Origin: a virus
Direction: 5' to 3' (one strand)
Virus record (IMG/VR): IMGVR_UViG_3300040796_000034
Span: 62,851 to 126,850 of that record
DNA: 64,000 nt
This document shows, one piece after another, positions 21,401-30,617 of the stretch. The position numbers and the translations under genes are program-made. How positions within the stretch are numbered: the stretch's first letter is position 1; every line of letters starts with the position of its first letter. Under the pieces are notes generated by a model. It was not told where the DNA came from, did not search any database, and saw only the letters and a list, made by a program, of their open reading frames with translations.

Positions 21401-22863
21401 GGTATGTTTTTTTCTAAAACAGTTTTCATACCAGTCTTTGCTTGTACAAGATTTGAGTTATGTAATGAAGTAGCTTGACTTTGAATATAGTTCTTATTAT
21501 TTAATAAAGTCATATAAGCTTCTATCTGTTTTTCTACTTTCACCTGTACGTTATCTAAGCTATTGTCAATACGAGTAATAGCTTCTACAGTGTTATCCGT
21601 TTGAGCAAAGTTTGTAGGTAAACCCTTAGTCTTAAAAGCTTGTTTAATATCTAAATTATTCTGTATCTCTGGAATGTATTCATAAGTTTTTTTATCTGTA
21701 TCAATTGCTCTTAAATTCTTTTTAATCTTTTCTAATACAGGGTCATCAACATCTTTTACTCGTATAATGACCTTACCAGAATTTCCAGATGCTACAGAAT
21801 AACCGCTAATTTTATTCAGTAGAGTTTTAGTGAAAGTAGTATTCTTACTATTTAAGTTAGTTAAGTTAGATATCTCAATAACACCTGTCTCAGGATTTAG
21901 TCCCGCATTAAAGAATCCTTCTAATTTTTCACCTGTACCTTTAGCTGAAGATATAAAACCAACTTTTTTTGTGGTTAGTGAAGATGTAAAGGAGTTAAAC
22001 TTTTCTATATCGGCGGCATCTGTACTCTTAAATAAAGATGCCAGTATATCGTCTTCAATAAATTTACCTCGAACCTTTCCTAGTTGTATAGATTCTGTCG
22101 GTAAAATATCGTCTAAAACTCTAGTGTTTAAACTCTTTAACTGTTTCTGTAAACGATTTCTTACTGACTCGCTCTTTGTAATGTCATCTGTAACAGCCTT
22201 TAATGCGCCTTCAACGTCAACTAAGACACCTTTGCCACCATCTTTAAGATAACTCCCTTCAGTAAGTCTTATATTGACCTCTGAAAGGTCATCTGTGATT
22301 TGTTTAACTCGTGTAGTAACCTCTTGGTTACGACGGTTAGCTGCATTTAAGTTATTAAGTAAGTCTGCATTACTTTTAGATAATTCTTTAGCAGTAATCT
22401 CTTGCTTTTTTACCTGGTCAACTAATTTGTTATGTTGACTGAAGATATCGTCATACTGTCTAATTACTGTATCCTTTTCACTTTTAAGCTTTACAACATC
22501 ATCTTGGAGAGACTTTACTTGAGAAGAGAGTATGTCTTTACTTTCCTTAGTAGCTTTACTTTTAGAAACCTTAGTTGATGTTTCCTTGACGACGTTATCT
22601 AGCTGGTCAATCTTTTTAGGTACATTACTTTTAAAGGTATTAGCCTTCACTAGACCCTTAGACAAGGCAACACCTAAGACTGTAGTAGCTAAGACAACAC
22701 TACCAATGGCAACTCCGGTAGCTAACTTAGATTTCTTTTTCTCTTCTTCAATCTGTCGTCTATAAGAACCTACTTTACTTGCATTGACGTTTTGTATCTT
22801 ACCTTTCACTAACCTGGTGTAGGCTTTTCTTTTATGAGCTTTAACCTTTTTGTCTCGTTTCAT
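18427..22863 (-). CDS. 1478-aa coiled-coil protein with N-terminal TM segment (putative internal/ejection protein)
   Basis: Basic N-terminus, hydrophobic LATGVAIGSVVLATTVLGVAL, long heptad-rich K/E/L stretches. Confidence 0.6.
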   Translation of the reverse strand: MKRDKKVKAHKRKAYTRLVKGKIQNVNASKVGSYRRQIEEEKKKSKLATGVAIGSVVLATTVLGVALSKGLVKANTFKSNVPKKIDQLDNVVKETSTKVSKSKATKESKDILSSQVKSLQDDVVKLKSEKDTVIRQYDDIFSQHNKLVDQVKKQEITAKELSKSNADLLNNLNAANRRNQEVTTRVKQITDDLSEVNIRLTEGSYLKDGGKGVLVDVEGALKAVTDDITKSESVRNRLQKQLKSLNTRVLDDILPTESIQLGKVRGKFIEDDILASLFKSTDAADIEKFNSFTSSLTTKKVGFISSAKGTGEKLEGFFNAGLNPETGVIEISNLTNLNSKNTTFTKTLLNKISGYSVASGNSGKVIIRVKDVDDPVLEKIKKNLRAIDTDKKTYEYIPEIQNNLDIKQAFKTKGLPTNFAQTDNTVEAITRIDNSLDNVQVKVEKQIEAYMTLLNNKNYIQSQATSLHNSNLVQAKTGMKTVLEKNIPRIESEINLLGLRMYKQNPKIYDELLKYGSQAYESKLKNRVLKPSIDISLLERYNDLSRKAANYRKIQSELVNKGIVLSEESIEAQKSQYQKQILKDWVENNIDNTKLLPISQKKNLKIVSTKELIENNLIVSGTVQKSIDQNSFKNFGILQTKPVFSNARRITVAQQRLDVFSRIEGKLTMGLSSAAKEIQDESLRLKNLLHRGKRVDKRLNSIENTIDDYINLNKRSSLGEIKETTNINYFEKLAESSEDLYSHTYFTSSGFRRKEITQLIKDEQKLVNDSLTLLKKEREKVKSINRKNLEKNLNDIESLLNKKYKGNKIESVIDSTLLTLKEENTAILGNHQRAILSDLEKELSRLGDKSRLDVFQRVTRLKERSKGLVQSDIYVNKLEKKILELEKTKERLDRLPKNRIINKDLQGKYEKVKSVDKDIKARIQADDILIRQRTQRFNEFLELDKEIKDFAKKRIPQIEKEIDKTLSYISKDLAIEIAKEEANTEKALNKLFATYLKRESFLKNMRLKDGVGDVFLVNHLRDTEVLENIATTQFNMQSNPYITSLRKMNALGSFTGEGAKKSGEVGRNYFRVRSKIFNKVKDSISETYVPYEGGSSVKGVLGEILEYTDDIPRQKLVNSRNKIKTHIEELSTLKANLQWYKNKLAGYDDLISSKELQTNLTKIQGKVDDAVLSLDKEYKELSKDIKAYKKLYNVRHELGRSFGKNIETNSELIQDVVTLDKVKEIVQSKKAILDTQKLEDITSFTESYLKTVKGLKNRTKYPQSLEAYEEFIGKHISYKNKVIHTDDDIRELKKLFPGVKNIKTVNRDLNVNFYEIDKISKKYNIPNMDLIMWLKNYHEIKGDDVDRLILGKKLSTYKNYVKNSKELENVRASKTKIHTRYLELKETLKTKYGYDIPTNIPQGGIEEALIDIEPNKSRWPKGRPSPNRLLAEISHLIGFKSYLTNEVTAPNKGSYYELVDIEDKIINTLNELHNQILI

Positions 22864-22889
22864 ATTTACCTGTACGTTAAACTTCTAGT

Positions 22890-23264
22890 ATGATTAATAA
22901 AACTCAATTAATTAAATCAACTGTTAACTGTCCATATTATACACCGGACAAACATCTCTTAGCTGATATAGAGTATTCAGTAAGACTACCTGGATGTAAT
23001 TACAAGTGTACACTCTTTATAGATTTAGATGTACAGAGTCTTGTAATCTCTGCTAAATATTATTTCACAGGAGACTTTATTCTTAAATATCTTCTACACA
23101 CTTTTTGTAAAAAACTTTACAACAGGAGTATTAATGAAATACCTGATATTTATAAAGAGATATTGACTAATATACCCGAGTACCTAGATACAGAAACGTT
23201 TACTTACATTCAAGATAAACGTGGATACAAGACTTTTAGTTTATTAAATAAGCAGTTAACATGA
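22890..23264 (+). CDS. hypothetical protein
   Basis: First ORF of the divergent + block. Confidence 0.55.
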   Translation: MINKTQLIKSTVNCPYYTPDKHLLADIEYSVRLPGCNYKCTLFIDLDVQSLVISAKYYFTGDFILKYLLHTFCKKLYNRSINEIPDIYKEILTNIPEYLDTETFTYIQDKRGYKTFSLLNKQLT

Positions 23265-23704
23265 TTCAAGTAAAAGTTTTTGTACAAAAGACAATCGGAA
23301 TAAGTAACCAAATTAAATTTATAGCACCTAAAGAAAATTTTGAAGTGATAGATAATAAAACAAAAGAGTCTTATTCTTTAAATTTTTATGATATTTTTCC
23401 TAATGAAGGAATTAGTAAATTATTAATTAGAAAGTATTTTACTTTTACAAAAATCCTATATAAGTTTAACAACAAGGAAATTAAAATTAACAATTGTGAT
23501 TATGAGTTTGATAACGACAATTGGTTTGTTACAGATTTTGATGAAATGAAACTTCTATTAGATTATTTTGGACAGTTTTTGTTTAAAGATATTGTTAAAG
23601 AAGTTAAAGAATTAGAGTTAAACGATTTTTATAAGGATATTGAAATAGAGTATGTTGGATTAACGATAAATAACTCTTACACATCAGTAAAAAAATATGA
23701 TTAA
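23261..23704 (+). CDS. hypothetical protein, paralog family A
   Basis: IKFIAPKENFEVID...LLDYFGQFLF...YKDIEIEYVGL. Confidence 0.65.
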   Translation: MIQVKVFVQKTIGISNQIKFIAPKENFEVIDNKTKESYSLNFYDIFPNEGISKLLIRKYFTFTKILYKFNNKEIKINNCDYEFDNDNWFVTDFDEMKLLLDYFGQFLFKDIVKEVKELELNDFYKDIEIEYVGLTINNSYTSVKKYD

Positions 23705-24101
23705 ATCAGCTAAAAACCCAACTATTAAATATTTCGATACAATTCTTTATGATGTACTAAAATACAACAGTCTAATCCTATTTCCAACAGAAGAGTCTGG
23801 TATCTGGGAGCCTATTACACTAAAAGAGTTAATGCCCGACGAATCTACTATTTTTGAAGAGTTATTAGATAATTTTTCTCAGACAATTAATGACTTTGTT
23901 ACAGATTACATGGAAATGGTAAAATCAAATAATGATTTTAAAAATTTTCCACAAGCTACTTTAATAGACAATTATGCTAAATATCTTTTTAGTGATTTAT
24001 ATAGATATTTACGAGTACAACCAGGTTTTAAAAATGTGAAGGTAGAGTATCGTGGATTTGATAAAAAATATTGTTATGAAAAAACTAGAGAGGTTAAATA
24101 A
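23697..24101 (+). CDS. hypothetical protein, diverged paralog family A
   Basis: LIDNYAKYLFSDL...FKNVKVEYRGF. Confidence 0.6.
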   Translation: MIKSAKNPTIKYFDTILYDVLKYNSLILFPTEESGIWEPITLKELMPDESTIFEELLDNFSQTINDFVTDYMEMVKSNNDFKNFPQATLIDNYAKYLFSDLYRYLRVQPGFKNVKVEYRGFDKKYCYEKTREVK

Positions 24102-24102
24102 T

Positions 24103-24522
24103 ATGATTAAAATACAAATAACAAAAACATTTGAAATAGATAACTTGATAAAGTTTATTGCGGCAAAAGAGTGTTTTGAAGTGATTGATTCAGTTACTAA
24201 GATATTTTACAATGTAAGTTTTAACGATATCTTTTCACAGGGTAGTGTAAGTCAATCATTAGTTTTAAAATATGAGACTTTCTTAAAAACGTTGAATAGG
24301 TTTAATGAAGGAATAATCTGTGTTGAGGAGGATAACGGTCCTGATGAAGATAATTATTTAGGAGACCATTTTTTGTATTTACAAGATGATGAAGATTTAA
24401 AATACTTTATAGATGATTATGGAAATCTTTTGTTTAACGAGATTCAGAAAGATATAAGAGTTAAAGATGATTATAAAGATATTGAGATAGAGTATGTTGG
24501 TTTATCTGAAAGCTATAAATAA
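24103..24522 (+). CDS. hypothetical protein, paralog family A (start moved to ATG 24103)
   Basis: IKFIAAKECFEVID...FIDDYGNLLF...YKDIEIEYVGL; GAGG upstream of the ATG. Confidence 0.65.
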   Translation: MIKIQITKTFEIDNLIKFIAAKECFEVIDSVTKIFYNVSFNDIFSQGSVSQSLVLKYETFLKTLNRFNEGIICVEEDNGPDEDNYLGDHFLYLQDDEDLKYFIDDYGNLLFNEIQKDIRVKDDYKDIEIEYVGLSESYK

Positions 24523-25172
24523 TGAAAAAATATAAATTTAGTAAAGGTTCTTTTAATTTTCACTTATCCAGTTTAAGTGTTAATATACCAAGTGGTTTAG
24601 CAGCCAAGTTGCGGCAAAAGAAAGCAGATTATGTACAAACTGTTGATACAGTGTTATCTTCTTTCACAGATGTTTATAAAGAGTCTTACGATGAAAGTAA
24701 CGAAACTCAGGTTAGTAAAAACAAAGATGTACTGTATCTAGTTGAACTATATAACAAAGATTCAGAAGAATTAATACAAGAGGTCCAATCTTTATGTGAA
24801 ATTGTAATTAAACATAAACGTCTTAAGGTACATCTTATTGGCAACAATATTTCTATTGGGGATATCCTTCAAACATACGCTGAAGCTGTTGAAGTCGTAA
24901 CCAGCGATACTTTAGATTGGTATAAGAAAAGTTTTCAGATAGATGAAGCTATGACAGACTATCTTGATAAGCTTTCATATAAAGTCCTTATGTCTTTCCA
25001 AAAAGAATTTGGAGAGTTAACTAAACAAGGCTTTTTAACTAGAGAGTTTATACGAAAAACAATTTCTTCTATAAGTGAAAGCAGTGAGTTATCAGAAAAA
25101 GAGTTTGCTTACTTAACTAATAAAGTTACTGAAGACTGGTGGTCTTACGTTAGACATTCTCTCGATAAGTAA
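24522..25172 (+). CDS. hypothetical protein
   Basis: 216-aa ORF, TAATG translational coupling. Confidence 0.6.
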   Translation: MKKYKFSKGSFNFHLSSLSVNIPSGLAAKLRQKKADYVQTVDTVLSSFTDVYKESYDESNETQVSKNKDVLYLVELYNKDSEELIQEVQSLCEIVIKHKRLKVHLIGNNISIGDILQTYAEAVEVVTSDTLDWYKKSFQIDEAMTDYLDKLSYKVLMSFQKEFGELTKQGFLTREFIRKTISSISESSELSEKEFAYLTNKVTEDWWSYVRHSLDK

Positions 25173-25211
25173 AATATCCGCCGCCAGAATGCCCGTTAAG
25201 GCTATGTAAAC

Positions 25212-25664
25212 TTGTTTGATGATAATTATTTCACGATAGTTCTTTTAAAGGTTTTAAATATGGAAATGACAACTGAATATATTTTAGAATTTAATAGTAA
25301 GTGTGGTTTAAGTATATCTAGGAAATATTTGAATGTAGATGTAGATGAATTAGAAATACCTGACGAATTAAAAAAAGATATTGATTGTTGGTTGACAGGT
25401 GTTAGATGTCTTCGTGATTTTGAGTATGCTGTCAATAACGAAAACTTAACTAGACTTGCAGATTTACAAGGAAAATATTTAGCAAAAGAACTATTTTGGA
25501 ACTTAATTTGTTCACAAAATATTAAAAAAGAGAATTGTGGAAATGAATATCGTTCAAAGTATTATTATAGAAATATTTTTAATAATGAGTTAGTTTGGGT
25601 ATTAGATTGGGAGGATGATGAGGAGATAAATACGTTTTCTGGAAGATGTTCTTTATTATATTAA
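25212..25664 (+). CDS. hypothetical protein (true start probably ~25260)
   Basis: 150-aa ORF. Confidence 0.5.
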   Translation: MFDDNYFTIVLLKVLNMEMTTEYILEFNSKCGLSISRKYLNVDVDELEIPDELKKDIDCWLTGVRCLRDFEYAVNNENLTRLADLQGKYLAKELFWNLICSQNIKKENCGNEYRSKYYYRNIFNNELVWVLDWEDDEEINTFSGRCSLLY

Positions 25665-25665
25665 T

Positions 25666-25908
25666 ATGATTAAATTTATTTATTTTAATAATACACGAGT
25701 ACAAGTTGTAGCTAACCCTTATTTATTTCTTTTATCTTTATGGGATAGTAAAAAAGATGAATTGGGGATGTATCCAAGAATGTTTCAGATAATACTTACT
25801 AGAAGTTTTCCTAAAATTAAAATAGTTTATCTTGATATATCGGTAAAGAATGGACATTATCTTAATTTTCAATTGTTTAACTTAGTCATTACAACATGGA
25901 GTCATTAA
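25666..25908 (+). CDS. small hypothetical protein
   Basis: 80-aa ORF in the operon. Confidence 0.5.
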   Translation: MIKFIYFNNTRVQVVANPYLFLLSLWDSKKDELGMYPRMFQIILTRSFPKIKIVYLDISVKNGHYLNFQLFNLVITTWSH

Positions 25909-25912
25909 AGTT

Positions 25913-26356
25913 GTGTACAAGATTTATAAAAATAATGTATTGATAGCAACTCTTGAGTTAGTAAAATATAATACAGATAACAAACCTAATAGATTTACTT
26001 ATTTAGAGTTAGTAACTGAACCGTTTGATGAAGATTATCTAGTGTCAAATAATTTCAATCTTTTTATGAACGACCTTGCTGCTAATTGTTTTCACTACCT
26101 AGAGTTCGACCAAAAATTTTGGAAGGATATAAACCTTAAATGTTTAAGAGGTTTCATAAACTATTGGCCTAAAAGATTTTATAAAACTCCTGATTATAAT
26201 ACTTCACCAAAGTTTTTAAAAAGGTATGGAATTAAGTACAGTTTTTCAGACTATATGCCTTACAGTTTGATTGAGGATAATTTAAAAAGTTTAGTTGTGG
26301 CTTTGTTAGAAGAAGATGAACTATTGAAAAAATACAACATAGACATACAGTATTAA
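25913..26356 (+). CDS. hypothetical protein
   Basis: 147-aa ORF in the operon. Confidence 0.55.
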   Translation: MYKIYKNNVLIATLELVKYNTDNKPNRFTYLELVTEPFDEDYLVSNNFNLFMNDLAANCFHYLEFDQKFWKDINLKCLRGFINYWPKRFYKTPDYNTSPKFLKRYGIKYSFSDYMPYSLIEDNLKSLVVALLEEDELLKKYNIDIQY

Positions 26357-26359
26357 TTT

Positions 26360-28174
26360 ATGAAACAATCAGTTAAGATTACAATACCTGAAGGAGTCTT
26401 ATATCTTTCAGAAGTTATGAAAGAGTTACCTAATGGGATTCTTAATAAAATGGCTACCGGAGTAGGTGGTTCCTATATTGCTTTAACTAATTCACAAGAT
26501 TATATTATTGCAGTTCCTACAATAGAACTAATCCATAACAAGAGTTACCAACACCCAGATGTTTTAGGGGTCTATAACGTAGCTAAATCTAAAGTTACTT
26601 ACAATGTCTGTAAAGATTATTTAGATAAGGTTAGGCGTGAAGAGAAGCCTCTTAAAATACTGGTAACGTATGATGGTTTACCTAAAGTAATTTCTTGGTT
26701 AAGTAAGTATGGGATTAATCCTTATAAGGATGTAAGACTTTTAGTAGATGAGTACCATAAATTATTAAGTGATTATAGTTATAGAAATGAAGCTATAAAT
26801 AAATTACTTAAAGAGTCCGTACAATTTTTAAATTGTACTTACTTATCAGCTACTCCAATACAACCAAAATATATTCCAAACATATTAAAAGATGTTGATA
26901 TATATGAGCTTTATTGGGAAGGTTGTACAAAAGTTCAACCAATAAGAAAGAAGACTAATAAACCTTTTCTTTGTGTATCAAACATAATTAAGAGACATAA
27001 AGCTGCGGGTTATAGTGAATATTTTACGGTAGATGGTAAAAAATATGAATGTAAAGAACTCTATTTCTTTATTAATTCTGTAAAAGCAATATCAGATATA
27101 CTGTCTCAAGTTAAACTTACAGCTAAAGAAGTGAAAGTAATATGTGCAGATACCGAAGAGAATATAGAGGAATTATCCTTCCCTATTTCTCAAATATCAG
27201 ACCCTAATAAACCTTACACTTTTATAACTTCTAAATCGTTTCTTGGTGTTGACATTTACAGTGATACAGGTATTGCCTTTGTTGTATCTAATGTTGCTAA
27301 GAAAAATACATTACTAGATGTTGCAACAGATATTTTTCAGATTGCAGGTCGTATAAGAAATACGAATAACCCTTTTAAGAATAAACTAATTCACATCTAT
27401 AATACGAGTACACTTGATGCAACTCCTGATGAACTAGAAGAACTCTTTAATACAAAAATAGAAGACACTCATATTATGATACAGACATTTAATCGTATGT
27501 CTGATAAAGAAAAGAAGGCAGTGTTAAAACGTTTCGCTCTTGATTTAGAAGACGATTATTCTATTTATAATAAAGAGACTAATCAATTAGAGTTTAATGA
27601 CCTTAAGTTAAAAAATGAACGGTTTGTTAGGTCAATACTTACAGACATTTACATTAACGGTATGACTTTGCGCAAAGCTTATTTGAATGCCGGATTTAAT
27701 GTAAAGGAGTCTCAACAGTGGGTTAGGTGTGAAGAAGAGTTTATAGAAGACATTACTAGATATTCGTTTAAAGATATTTTACGAAAATATTGTATTGCAA
27801 GAGATGCAGGAGATACAGAACAGGTTAACTATTATGAGAAGTATGAACCCGATGTAAAATATTTGGTTGATGTACTGGGTACTAAAAAAATTAAGGCGCT
27901 TAAGTATGTTAAGAAACATTTGTACAAGTTGGTTTATACGGAGTCATCTGAAGTACAAGATGCTGTATCAGAGAATGTGTACAAGAAGTTTGTCTTAAAT
28001 AAGTTCTACACTAAGAAGGATGTTAAGTTTATTTTTAAGGAAATTTATAACTTGTTAAAGATTGATAAGACTCCTAAAGCTACAGAAATAGATAATTACT
28101 TCACGACTATTAAAACGTCTAAAATGGTTGATAGTAAACGACTTCAGGGTTTATTACTCAAATCCAAAGTTTAG
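26360..28174 (+). CDS. SF2 (DExH) helicase-like / putative origin-binding replication protein
   Basis: TGVGGS (degenerate Walker A), IIAVPT, LLVDEYH, YLSATP, FLGVD, FQIAGRIR. Confidence 0.75.
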   Translation: MKQSVKITIPEGVLYLSEVMKELPNGILNKMATGVGGSYIALTNSQDYIIAVPTIELIHNKSYQHPDVLGVYNVAKSKVTYNVCKDYLDKVRREEKPLKILVTYDGLPKVISWLSKYGINPYKDVRLLVDEYHKLLSDYSYRNEAINKLLKESVQFLNCTYLSATPIQPKYIPNILKDVDIYELYWEGCTKVQPIRKKTNKPFLCVSNIIKRHKAAGYSEYFTVDGKKYECKELYFFINSVKAISDILSQVKLTAKEVKVICADTEENIEELSFPISQISDPNKPYTFITSKSFLGVDIYSDTGIAFVVSNVAKKNTLLDVATDIFQIAGRIRNTNNPFKNKLIHIYNTSTLDATPDELEELFNTKIEDTHIMIQTFNRMSDKEKKAVLKRFALDLEDDYSIYNKETNQLEFNDLKLKNERFVRSILTDIYINGMTLRKAYLNAGFNVKESQQWVRCEEEFIEDITRYSFKDILRKYCIARDAGDTEQVNYYEKYEPDVKYLVDVLGTKKIKALKYVKKHLYKLVYTESSEVQDAVSENVYKKFVLNKFYTKKDVKFIFKEIYNLLKIDKTPKATEIDNYFTTIKTSKMVDSKRLQGLLLKSKV

Positions 28175-28386
28175 TAAAATACTCTTTTTTCTGATTTAAA
28201 AAATTTAGCTAGTTTTTGACGATAACGAAAATAGCTAAAACCCTTGATACATAAAGGTTGTAGTGTAGTAGGTGATTTGTTAATCTACTACGTTTTCTTG
28301 GAATAAATAGCTATATACAGAACAGAAAATGAAAAAAAAAGTAGTAGTTGTCATAAGTTAGTCAGGATTACTAAAATTTCTAAAGA

Positions 28387-29145
28387 ATGTTAACAATCGA
28401 AAACTCAAATTTAATACCTAAACGTTTTAAAGGTATTTATTTATTTTATAACTCTGATAAGGAATTATTATATATCGGTAAGACTTCTCGGATACAATCA
28501 AGGTTTTTACAACATAGTAATACTGCTAATACTTTTGAAGATGATTGGAGAAATAAAATATCTTATGCTGAGGTGTTTGAACTAAAGTCATCCTGTGATA
28601 GAGAGATTTACGAAACATATTTAATTAATAAACTAAGACCTAAACACAATGTTGACAAAGTTTATAAAGATTTAACTTCGATAGAACTACCTGAATTAAA
28701 GAAAACATTCACTGTACTTTTTAGTTATTCTGATATTTGTTTACTTAGGAGTAGTTTTGAAAATAGTATTTTACAGCTTAAAGATTTATACCCTTCACAT
28801 AATCAAGTTTTATCAAAAGAACAAGAAAAATTTATAGAAGGAGTATTTTACAAATATCCTTATTTAAAAGTTGTAATAGACAGATTAGGTTATGACTATA
28901 TTGAAAGTCAAAATTACAAAACAGATAAAGTTAAAAGAAAGTCTCGTCAGTTAATACCTCTGTCTGTAGATGAGTTAATTATGGAAGAGTTACGAGATAA
29001 TTTTTTTATTCAGTTTAGAGGTACGATGAGTAATAATGAGCTAGTTTGTCTCTTAGATGATATTTATAAGAGTCTTGATATTTGTCTAAAGGCTAAGGCT
29101 AATCATATTGAAAAGTATTATCATGCTAAGAAGACTACCTACTAG
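28387..29145 (+). CDS. GIY-YIG nuclease domain protein sharing a C-terminal domain with the upstream helicase
   Basis: GIYLFYN..LLYIGKT..IQSRF.QH...E.YLI.KLRPKHN. Confidence 0.75.
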   Translation: MLTIENSNLIPKRFKGIYLFYNSDKELLYIGKTSRIQSRFLQHSNTANTFEDDWRNKISYAEVFELKSSCDREIYETYLINKLRPKHNVDKVYKDLTSIELPELKKTFTVLFSYSDICLLRSSFENSILQLKDLYPSHNQVLSKEQEKFIEGVFYKYPYLKVVIDRLGYDYIESQNYKTDKVKRKSRQLIPLSVDELIMEELRDNFFIQFRGTMSNNELVCLLDDIYKSLDICLKAKANHIEKYYHAKKTTY

Positions 29146-29227
29146 GACAAGTCTCTTAAAAAGAGAGTCAATGGATACAATCTTATAAAACCCAGAGATA
29201 TTAAAATTTTAAGTAAAGATTAATAAA

Positions 29228-29506
29228 ATGAAAGTAATAGATTTTCAATATAAACTTGGTAAAGATGTTGTAACTTTAGAGAGTTACTCAAACCATCGTT
29301 ATGTTGTATTAGGGGTTAGTTTATTTACTTATGAAGGTGTGGTGGGTATAGAACCTAAGAGTTTATTGATGTTTAACTTTTGGAGACGACCTTATTGGGA
29401 AATGAAACCACGCATCTATATCAATATACAACAGAAGGGTCATAAAAATCTAAGATACTATTTAGATGTACAGTGGTTAGGGTTACATTTAAAAACTTTT
29501 ATTTAG
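29228..29506 (+). CDS. small hypothetical protein
   Basis: 92-aa ORF. Confidence 0.5.
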   Translation: MKVIDFQYKLGKDVVTLESYSNHRYVVLGVSLFTYEGVVGIEPKSLLMFNFWRRPYWEMKPRIYINIQQKGHKNLRYYLDVQWLGLHLKTFI

Positions 29507-29728
29507 GAAACATAATGAGAAATTATATTTTTACTCTATTGAAAGATAAAGAATGTTTATTAGAGATAGCAGCGTCAGTAGATTACGAACGTTTGTACAA
29601 CTTAGGAGACCCTGATAGTACAAAGGTTGTTGTAACATCTTACACAAAGCGTCCTACAGACCTGTATTATATCTAATCAGATTTCTTTTACAATATCCTC
29701 AACGAGATAGAGTTAATTAAGTGTGTAT

Positions 29729-29956
29729 ATGATTCCTGCTAAGGTTACAGAAGAGATATGTTGAGTTCGTATTAAAACGCTTGTAGATATTGTCTCAGAG
29801 TCTTCTGGTAGGATTATACCTAAAGGGACTTATGGGACTATTATAGAGTCTTACAGTGACCCTGGTATGTATCCTGATATGTATGCTGTTGTTTTAAAGA
29901 CTGACGATTGTTATTATCACGAGACGCTTGTAAAACATTAATTTAAAGTATTATGA
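29729..29956 (+). pseudogene. DUF4926-like small gene with two in-frame stops
   Basis: MIPAKVTEEIC*VRIKTLVDIVSESSGRIIPKGTYGTIIESYSDPGMY..YAV...H*FKVL*. Confidence 0.5.
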
Positions 29957-30273
29957 AAAAAGTTAAAATTAAATGTGACTACTCTAAGGATTTACCTGAT
30001 ATAAATATTTCTGTAAGTGATGGAAGAGCTTTAATTAGCGAACATATCGAGAAACATTTAAAGAACTTGAATTATATAGCTTACAAAGTAAATGAAGATT
30101 TAGGAACTTTAAAATATCAAGAAACTCCAGATGTCGATGGATGTCTATATCAACATTTAGATACTATTAATGACTATCAGGAATTGCTTGAACAGATAAT
30201 AACGTACTTAATTAATGACCCTTATGTTGAACTTTGTAAAATAGTATCCGAAGCAGATGGAGTAGATATTTAA
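29953..30273 (+). CDS. hypothetical protein
   Basis: 106-aa ORF. Confidence 0.5.
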   Translation: MKKVKIKCDYSKDLPDINISVSDGRALISEHIEKHLKNLNYIAYKVNEDLGTLKYQETPDVDGCLYQHLDTINDYQELLEQIITYLINDPYVELCKIVSEADGVDI

Positions 30274-30316
30274 ACAGTTTGAGATAAATTTTCTACAACA
30301 CTATTTAAGGAAGCAA

Positions 30317-30550
30317 ATGGAAAAGAAATTACAGTTTAAACAGTTTGATATACATCTTTACTTAGATAAAAAACGATTTGACATAACGATAATAGACTTT
30401 TATGGAGCTACAGGTTTTAGTATGCTTTTTTATGATAAAGGTTGGTACAAACAAATTTTACCCAAAGTTGAAATAAATGTTAAAGATGATTATGGTTACT
30501 CCCTATTATTTGATTGGTTAATTTTTAGGTATTTCACTTCGATTCATTGA
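30317..30550 (+). CDS. small hypothetical protein
   Basis: 77-aa ORF with AGGA RBS. Confidence 0.5.
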   Translation: MEKKLQFKQFDIHLYLDKKRFDITIIDFYGATGFSMLFYDKGWYKQILPKVEINVKDDYGYSLLFDWLIFRYFTSIH

Positions 30551-30572
30551 TTAGATATTTAGATATAAGGTA

Positions 30573-30604
30573 GGATGGGTATTGTTTTTAGACAATACCC
30601 ATCC
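30573..30604. terminator. hairpin between convergent genes (bidirectional terminator)
   Basis: GGATGGGTATTGT-ttttag-ACAATACCCATCC, perfect 13-bp stem. Confidence 0.7.
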
Positions 30605-30617
30605 GTACAGATTAAAG

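Noticed and set aside
4522-22765. Short + strand ORFs within the structural module (and - strand ORFs within the + region)
   Set aside because: Antisense shadows of longer coding genes, without RBS or motifs
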